Below are positions 58,456-64,000 of a stretch of 64,000 nt of DNA, in pieces; the stretch's first letter is position 1; each line of letters begins with the position of its first letter. Under the pieces are notes generated by a model, which was not told where the DNA came from, searched no databases, and saw only the letters and a program-made list of their open reading frames with translations. Position numbers and translations under genes: made by a program. Source of the DNA: Marinifilaceae bacterium. GTDB taxonomy: Bacteria; Bacteroidota; Bacteroidia; Bacteroidales; Marinifilaceae. Location: NCBI GenBank assembly GCA_041846495.1, contig JBGZEX010000075.1, positions 1,238 through 65,237 of the forward strand, written 5' to 3'.

Positions 58456-58556
58456 GGAGGTTCAATTATCTGTGAGTGCTGTTGCGGCAGTACGTATGTC
58501 AAGTGTATTTTCCTCGGCGGTTATTCGGGTCGGAGATTCGTATGGTGCAGTAAGAT

Positions 58557-58937
58557 TTATCCTTCTTTTCGAACTGTCGAAACATTTTCCTCTTTGAGGT
58601 TTTCGAAGTTTTCGGTCATAAGTTTTTCCACCAGGCGAATAGATTCCACACAAGGGAATTTCAATTCCCCTTTGAGTTCTTTGCAGGTGATTCCTCCGGC
58701 AACGGAACGAAAACTGTTTTTTATCGAAGGCATACCGTATTGCCGTGTCAGGATTTCTCCGGCATAAAGGGCACCGCATAATCCGCCTTCGGCTTTCCCT
58801 CCTCCGCAAGGACGGTACATCTTTTCGATTTCTTCGTCGCTTAACCCCGCCTCTTTTTGAAAATGTTTTAAAATGGCTTGACAGCAATTCCATTTATTTT
58901 CTTTATTGTGAAAAAACTCTTCCGCTTTTTTAGCCAT
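58557..58937 (-). CDS. C_GCAxxG_C_C family protein
   Basis: WNCCQAIL .. GLCGALYAG .. CKELK .. CVESI cysteine pattern. Start at ATG 58937, because a -7 element (58982-58975) lies inside the longer ORF. Confidence 0.6.
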   Translation of the reverse strand: MAKKAEEFFHNKENKWNCCQAILKHFQKEAGLSDEEIEKMYRPCGGGKAEGGLCGALYAGEILTRQYGMPSIKNSFRSVAGGITCKELKGELKFPCVESIRLVEKLMTENFENLKEENVSTVRKEG

Positions 58938-58974
58938 AACCTTTGATTTTCGATTGACAATTTTTATATCTCTG

Positions 58975-58982
58975 CAAATATA
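58975..58982 (-). promoter_or_regulatory. Bacteroidota -7 promoter element (TAnnTTTG)
   Basis: The minus strand reads tatatttg, 38 nt upstream of ATG 58937. Confidence 0.5.
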
Positions 58983-59109
58983 CATGTTTTTCATGGAAAA
59001 CCGGATTTTCTCCGATTTCAAAATTAAGAGTGCCGGTATTTCGCAACTGCTAATTGAATCCGTATAATAAAAAATCGGCAGTTATTTCTTCATATTTTCA
59101 GAGATTGCA

Positions 59110-59117
59110 TATATTTG
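59110..59117 (+). promoter_or_regulatory. Bacteroidota -7 promoter element (TAnnTTTG)
   Basis: tatatttg, 50 nt upstream of the ATG at 59167. Confidence 0.5.
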
Positions 59118-59166
59118 TACCCCGTTTTTTCTTTGCGGAAAAATACGGACTTAAAAATTAAAACAT

Positions 59167-60651
59167 ATGAAGATTAATACGTATATGAAAACTATATTGA
59201 TTTCCCTTACTCTGTGTATGGGAATGAATGCCGCTCGTGCGGGAGCGGTTTGTGGGGAAATGTTCGATGGGAGAATACCGGAATCCGGATCGCTGTCGGG
59301 AACCGGAGCAAGGGTTTTTCCCTATGAACGGACTGCCGACAATGTGCTTGTCGAAAGCATTAGTATAGACCAGGACGATACCTCTGTCCCGGTGGGTAAA
59401 ACGATAGTATTTACAGCCACGGTTCTTCCGGAGACTGCGACTCAAAAAAAACTTAAATGGACTTCCGACGATGAAGAGGTAGCTGAAGTACGCGACGGAC
59501 GGGTAAGAGCTAAAAAACCGGGCTCTGCTCTTATAAGAGCGACCGCTACGGACGGAAGCGGAAAATATGCGGAGGTTCGTGTTACCGTTGTCCGGCTTAT
59601 TGAGAAAATAAAGTTGCAACTTCCCAGCAATGTCCTTGGATTGGGTTTGAAGAATTTCTATATTCCAAGAGAGGTGGAGCCGTATAATGCTACGAATCAG
59701 GTTTTTTTATGGAAATCCGATAATCCGGATATCGTTTCCGTTAATCAAAAAGGAGAAATTTCCACTCTGAAAATAGGAGAAGCTACGATTACGGCTACGG
59801 CTACGGATGGGAGTGCGGTGAGCACTTCGATACGTATTCGGGTTGTCGTACCGGTAGAAAAAATCGAGATAAAAGAAGGAGATCAAATTCTTAAGCCTTA
59901 TTCCCGGAAAAAACTTACGGTGGTTATTACTCCCGCCAATGCCGGAGTGCAGACGGTACGTTGGAATTCGAGCAATACGAAAGTGGCAACGGTCGATTCC
60001 GAAGGAGTCGTACGGACTAAGGATGCGGGGGAAACGACGATTACCGCGACTTCGGACGATGACGTTGCCGAATATCCTCAGGCTTCCGTCAACATAAAAG
60101 TAGTAAAGGACATATCTTTAACGGGCATATATTTCAAGCAATCGCATGTCACTCTCGCCGTCGGGGCTTCCGAACGGCTGATTCCCGTTGCGGAACCCGC
60201 TGAAGCAACACTTCCTTCCCTCGACTGGAAATCGGGAGATGATGCCGTCGTATCGGTAAATGCCGAAGGGGAGATAAAAGCCCATAGTTTAGGTGTCGCC
60301 GATATCGCTGCAACCACCAAGGACGGGAAATATACGGCAAGCGTACGAGTAATCGTGAACCGCTCGAAAGAAGAATTCAAAGTGCCGCATCTTTTGAATA
60401 TTTCGCGTATCGAAAAAAATCGGCCATTCCCGATTTACTGGGCGGATGTGGAAGACGAAAATACCGGATTCTCTTATCGTCTCGAAAAGACGGTGAACGG
60501 TAAAACCGTCATCGACAAATCCCTGACGGTGGACGAAGAAAAGAAAACGCTTACTTTTTCCGAGAGCGGAAACTTCCGTCTTGTCGTAACTTTGAACGGG
60601 AACGGAAAAGCCTGGCAGGAAATCTCGTATGAATTGGAGATAGCCGAATAA
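59167..60651 (+). CDS. Surface protein with four tandem bacterial Ig-like (Big_2) domains
   Basis: 494 aa. Signal peptide. Four modules of about 84 aa each contain ..W.S.D..VA.V...G.V.....G.A.I.AT..DGS... Unique 97-aa C-terminal domain. Confidence 0.75.
   Translation: MKINTYMKTILISLTLCMGMNAARAGAVCGEMFDGRIPESGSLSGTGARVFPYERTADNVLVESISIDQDDTSVPVGKTIVFTATVLPETATQKKLKWTSDDEEVAEVRDGRVRAKKPGSALIRATATDGSGKYAEVRVTVVRLIEKIKLQLPSNVLGLGLKNFYIPREVEPYNATNQVFLWKSDNPDIVSVNQKGEISTLKIGEATITATATDGSAVSTSIRIRVVVPVEKIEIKEGDQILKPYSRKKLTVVITPANAGVQTVRWNSSNTKVATVDSEGVVRTKDAGETTITATSDDDVAEYPQASVNIKVVKDISLTGIYFKQSHVTLAVGASERLIPVAEPAEATLPSLDWKSGDDAVVSVNAEGEIKAHSLGVADIAATTKDGKYTASVRVIVNRSKEEFKVPHLLNISRIEKNRPFPIYWADVEDENTGFSYRLEKTVNGKTVIDKSLTVDEEKKTLTFSESGNFRLVVTLNGNGKAWQEISYELEIAE
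59350..60357 (+). repeat. Four tandem Big_2-domain coding repeats, about 252 nt each (protein-level repeat, diverged at DNA level)
   Basis: Module boundaries read from the translation: aa 62-397, each module ending in ..V(R/N)I(K/R)VV-like strands. Confidence 0.6.
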
Positions 60652-60705
60652 TCATAGAAAATACCCATAATTATTTCCGGACTACCGGAGAAATGAAATA
60701 GAAAA

Positions 60706-61353
60706 ATGAAACGAATATTACAAACCCTATTTGCAGGACTGATTATACTGAACTTGAGCAATTGTAAGAAAGACGAGAATTCCGGACCGCTTCCCCTTGC
60801 AAAGTTCGAATTGGAGAAAACGTCGATAAGCGTCGAAGAAGGAAAAACCGATACCGTAGCGATAAAAAACGGAGGAGGGAATTATAGCGTTAGCCCGAAT
60901 TCCGCTTTTGCCGAAATTCTCTTTGAAGGAGAGAAAATCGTAGTAAAAGCTTTGAAGCCCGGAGAGGTGGTGTTTACGATACGTTCGGATTCCCGTCAGG
61001 CGACTCTTGAAGTGAAGGTAACCGCCAAACCCGTGCAACCTCTCGAAGGAGAGGCGGGACTATACGACGAATCCGGGAAGAATATGATGAAGGCCAAGTA
61101 TAAGGCGAGAAAAGCCGATTTGATTTGGCTTTCGGACGATATCAAATCGCCTTACGCAAAATATCTTATGATGCATGCCGTATCGGATAAGCTCAAACCG
61201 GGAGAAAAAGCGGATATCGGCATAAAATCCCGGGGAATTCCGGAACTCGAAGGAAAAACTTCCGTATCCGCAACATTGGAATTGAGGAACGGGAATATGG
61301 CCCAGTTGAAAATAGAGGGCGGATTACGTCTTCTTTGCCCTGTGAAAAATTGA
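60706..61353 (+). CDS. Lipoprotein with N-terminal Ig-like domain (hypothetical)
   Basis: 215 aa. Lipobox LNLSNC. N-terminal ..ISVEEGKTDTVAIKNGGGNYSV..GEVVFTIRSD.. resembles an Ig-like fold. Confidence 0.5.
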   Translation: MKRILQTLFAGLIILNLSNCKKDENSGPLPLAKFELEKTSISVEEGKTDTVAIKNGGGNYSVSPNSAFAEILFEGEKIVVKALKPGEVVFTIRSDSRQATLEVKVTAKPVQPLEGEAGLYDESGKNMMKAKYKARKADLIWLSDDIKSPYAKYLMMHAVSDKLKPGEKADIGIKSRGIPELEGKTSVSATLELRNGNMAQLKIEGGLRLLCPVKN

Positions 61354-61380
61354 GGTCTGAATGGCGGGAAAAATTCCGCT

Positions 61381-62175
61381 TTATGAATTCTCCTTCATTT
61401 TCACGATATAAAAGCAGGAGGTGGATAAAAAATTCCGGATATAACGGATTTTCGAAATATACGGATTGAGTTTCCGGGGCTTCAGATGGAATTTTTGGCG
61501 ATAGTGCGGGTTTATAAACCACAGACGGCGGTCGATAATGATGCAGTCGTTTTTCTTCAGAAGTTTTTCGAATTTTTCTATGGTCACCCTGTCCCGTTTC
61601 GTTTCTATCAAAGCCCGGATGCAATCCGGATTTTCTCCTAATATTTTCAGTGTAAAAGCATAGGCCGCCTTAGGAAGAAGATGAAAAAAGGGGAGACGGG
61701 AACCGATTTTGCTGCGACACATCTGCTGATGACCTCCGAATGGCATCTGCCATGCGGGAAATGCCCAGAACATGATTCCGTCTGCTTTTAGGAATGCTTT
61801 GGCATGTCTTATAAAGGCTTCTTTTTCGGATAGGGGAATATGCTCGATAACATCGTGTATCAACAGCAAATCGTATTTTTCGGAAGGGATTTCCATTTTC
61901 AGAAAATCCATGGCGATGAATATGCCCGGATATCCCGATGCGGAGAAAAAATTGCGGGCATTGATGATTTTATGCTCCGCAATATCTACGCCCCTTATTT
62001 CACAACCGCTTTCTGCAAAAGGCAGGAGATTGCCTCCTTCTCCGCATCCGATTTCCAATACCCTGCATCCCTTGGCTACAGATACGAAACGGCGGATATA
62101 GTCCACATAAAATTCCCGCGAGGTATTGGCTAATTCCTTAAAATAAATGCTTCGATCCAAATGTCTTTTTTGCAT
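61381..62175 (-). CDS. Class I SAM-dependent methyltransferase
   Basis: 264 aa. Motif I VLEIGCGEGGN and motif II LLLIHDVIEH. Confidence 0.8.
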   Translation of the reverse strand: MQKRHLDRSIYFKELANTSREFYVDYIRRFVSVAKGCRVLEIGCGEGGNLLPFAESGCEIRGVDIAEHKIINARNFFSASGYPGIFIAMDFLKMEIPSEKYDLLLIHDVIEHIPLSEKEAFIRHAKAFLKADGIMFWAFPAWQMPFGGHQQMCRSKIGSRLPFFHLLPKAAYAFTLKILGENPDCIRALIETKRDRVTIEKFEKLLKKNDCIIIDRRLWFINPHYRQKFHLKPRKLNPYISKIRYIRNFLSTSCFYIVKMKENS

Positions 62176-62253
62176 TTTCGGATATCGTATTTTTATATTA
62201 TCCCGATAAGATTGAGTTGAGGCGAATGATATTTTACTTTAACTATATGTTAA

Positions 62254-62901
62254 TTATTTGTTTGTCTGTGTGGGTATATCATCGCTCATCAAGTCCGGTT
62301 CGGCAGCGGAAAACAAATGGGTTTCATAAAATTTATTTGCCATCTCGAGAGCATTTCCGGCCGATTCTTTAGTGCACGACAATGTATACCACGAAGGTAT
62401 GTTTCGGTTATTTCCGAGGATTTCCACCTTATTGACGGAAGCTGTCTTTTGCAGTTGGGATAAATCTCCGGTATTTTTTAATTTCACATAAAAGAGATGA
62501 CTTAATGTCAATTCCTTACCTTCTTTCGAGATAAAACAAGGCCCATCGTAAATGATTTCCGGTATGCTTTTCTGCATATTCCGGTCCTCTACAATCATCC
62601 ATTTCCATTCTGCCTGCTCTTTTTCGCTCTCCGGATTTAGAAAATTTAATGCTAAAACGACTTTCCCGGATATGTAGGAGGTGTTGTTTTTCAGAGAGGC
62701 TCTGACAGCTTGTTCATCCCCCGTTTTAAATAAAATATATTTTTTGCTCCGGGATTTCGATAATTCGATTTTTTCCCCTTTGTACCAGTAATAATCCGTG
62801 GATAATGTTATTTCTTTATTTTTATCGACATGTTTTGAGCATCCTGTAAAACAAAAAGTTACGATGAAAATAATGCCGGATAAGAATATGTTTTTTTTCA
62901 T
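62254..62901 (-). CDS. Lipoprotein (hypothetical)
   Basis: 215 aa. Lipobox FCFTGC. No recognisable domain. Confidence 0.5.
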   Translation of the reverse strand: MKKNIFLSGIIFIVTFCFTGCSKHVDKNKEITLSTDYYWYKGEKIELSKSRSKKYILFKTGDEQAVRASLKNNTSYISGKVVLALNFLNPESEKEQAEWKWMIVEDRNMQKSIPEIIYDGPCFISKEGKELTLSHLFYVKLKNTGDLSQLQKTASVNKVEILGNNRNIPSWYTLSCTKESAGNALEMANKFYETHLFSAAEPDLMSDDIPTQTNK

Positions 62902-63123
62902 TTCAAAGCGATTTAAAGTGTATATCGAGTGTTGTTTATATTTTTTCGGTTCGTCAATTGTTGCTGTAAGGACTTAATTGTGGCGATATCATTTTCTTCT
63001 CTGTCTGTAGCGACTTTTATGCAAGTATAAGGGGAAAAATAAAAAAATACAAATAGTTCGGCGCAATATTTAAAATATCGGGAATAAAATATTATGTCGG
63101 TTTTTATTATTGTTTTACTTTTA

Positions 63124-63131
63124 TAAGTTTG
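63124..63131 (+). promoter_or_regulatory. Bacteroidota -7 promoter element (TAnnTTTG)
   Basis: taagtttg, 26 nt upstream of the ATG at 63157. Confidence 0.5.
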
Positions 63132-63156
63132 TATGCAAATATGAAAAATATGCGAT

Positions 63157-64000
63157 ATGTTGTTTAATTCCTTCGATTTTGCCGTATTCCTTCCCCTCGT
63201 ATTTTTACTGTACTGGTTGGTGTTTTCGAAAAATATCAGGTGGCGGAACATTTTTCTTTTGGCGGCAAGTTATGTCTTCTACGGATTTTGGGATTGGCGT
63301 TTTTTGGGATTGATTGCGCTTACTTCCGTTTCGGATTTTTTTCTGGCGCATTTCATACATCTTACGCCCGGCGAAAATGTCAAAAGGCGGAAATTATTGT
63401 TGATACTGAGCTTTGCGGTAAATCTTTCGGTTCTCGTTTTTTTCAAATATTGTAATTTCTTTATAGAGAGTTTCGTTTCCGTATTTCGTTTTTTAGGAAG
63501 GGATATCGACTGCGGAACGTTGGATATCATTCTTCCCGTGGGAATTAGTTTTTATACTTTTCAATCGCTTAGCTATACCCTCGATGTATATTATAAGCGT
63601 TTGGAACCCACGGGAAAATTGTTCGATTTCATGGCTTTCGTCGCCTTTTTCCCTCAGTTGGTAGCCGGGCCGATTGAGAGAGCGAGAAACCTTTTGCCGC
63701 AGTTTGCTTCTCCCAAAGTATTCGATTACGACGATGCGAGATACGGATTGATATTGATGGTTTCCGGTTTTTTCAAAAAAATCGTCGTGGCGGACAGGCT
63801 TGGAATTTATGTGGACGGAGTTTATGCAAATCCGGCGGAAGCTGCGGGACTTCCCGCTCTTATGGGAGTTCTCTTTTTTGCTTTCCAGTTGTATCTGGAT
63901 TTCTCGGCTTATTCCGAAATAGCCATAGGCACGGCCCGGCTTTTCGGATTCCGGTTGACGCTTAATTTTCGGAGACCTTATCTTTCGGGCTCGTTCAAAG
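63157..64000 (+). CDS. MBOAT family O-acyltransferase (AlgI/DltB-like), truncated at its 3' end by the window edge
   Basis: My own translation gives MLFNSFDFAVFLPLVFLLYWLV...ILPVGISFYTFQSLSYTLDVYY...FVAFFPQLVAGPIERA. The frame stays open to the window end. Not in the ORF track because no stop is reached. Confidence 0.85.
   Translation, partial: MLFNSFDFAVFLPLVFLLYWLVFSKNIRWRNIFLLAASYVFYGFWDWRFLGLIALTSVSDFFLAHFIHLTPGENVKRRKLLLILSFAVNLSVLVFFKYCNFFIESFVSVFRFLGRDIDCGTLDIILPVGISFYTFQSLSYTLDVYYKRLEPTGKLFDFMAFVAFFPQLVAGPIERARNLLPQFASPKVFDYDDARYGLILMVSGFFKKIVVADRLGIYVDGVYANPAEAAGLPALMGVLFFAFQLYLDFSAYSEIAIGTARLFGFRLTLNFRRPYLSGSFK

Noticed and set aside
62913-63251. 112-aa minus-strand ORF in the AT-rich spacer
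   Set aside because: It has low-complexity Lys/Asn/Ile/Phe-rich sequence. It overlaps the promoter and the first 95 nt of the MBOAT gene, whose translation is strongly family-typical.

Overview
This 64-kb window looks like chromosome from a Bacteroidota (Bacteroidales-like) genome. The phylum call rests on about 20 TAnnTTTG '-7' promoter elements at sensible distances upstream of genes and tRNAs, a DUF4492-cydAB operon, a 288-aa RpoD-type sigma factor, a PCMD-type lipoprotein and a Pro-rich TonB. I call 61 CDS, including rpmH and a 3'-truncated MBOAT gene that are absent from the ORF track. I also call tRNA-Thr(CGT), tRNA-Cys(GCA), one cobalamin riboswitch and six intrinsic terminators. The window has three parts. 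(1) 1-13.4 kb is the 3' part of a capsule/EPS locus: glycosyltransferase, acetyltransferase, deacetylase, epimerase, initiating sugar transferase, Wza-like exporter and Wzz. It ends in an unusual ACP / FabG-like / adenylating ligase / LuxE-like / LuxC-like module. (2) 14.8-48.3 kb is housekeeping core: OmpA, cydAB, lon, LemA-TPM, SulP, rpmH, obg, hpt, purE, sigma factor, a two-component system, hflX, tonB, an Sfp-type PPTase, asd, typA, folB, rsgA, yceD-rpmF-fabH, kdsB, frr and a U32 peptidase. (3) 48.3-64 kb is a second envelope-glycan island: a YfhO-like GT-C operon with a lipoprotein and an OM barrel, GT2, GT4, a Wzx-like flippase, a PEtN-transferase-like enzyme, a Big_2 surface protein, a methyltransferase and an MBOAT. 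I saw no transposase, integrase, phage gene, CRISPR array or recognisable defence gene. The three most interesting items are the LuxCE-type carrier-protein module in the capsule operon, a gene-less cobalamin riboswitch with its own promoter and terminator that runs antisense into a secreted-protein gene, and the YfhO-centred candidate extracytoplasmic glycosylation system. All family calls come from motif recognition by eye. No database search was run.
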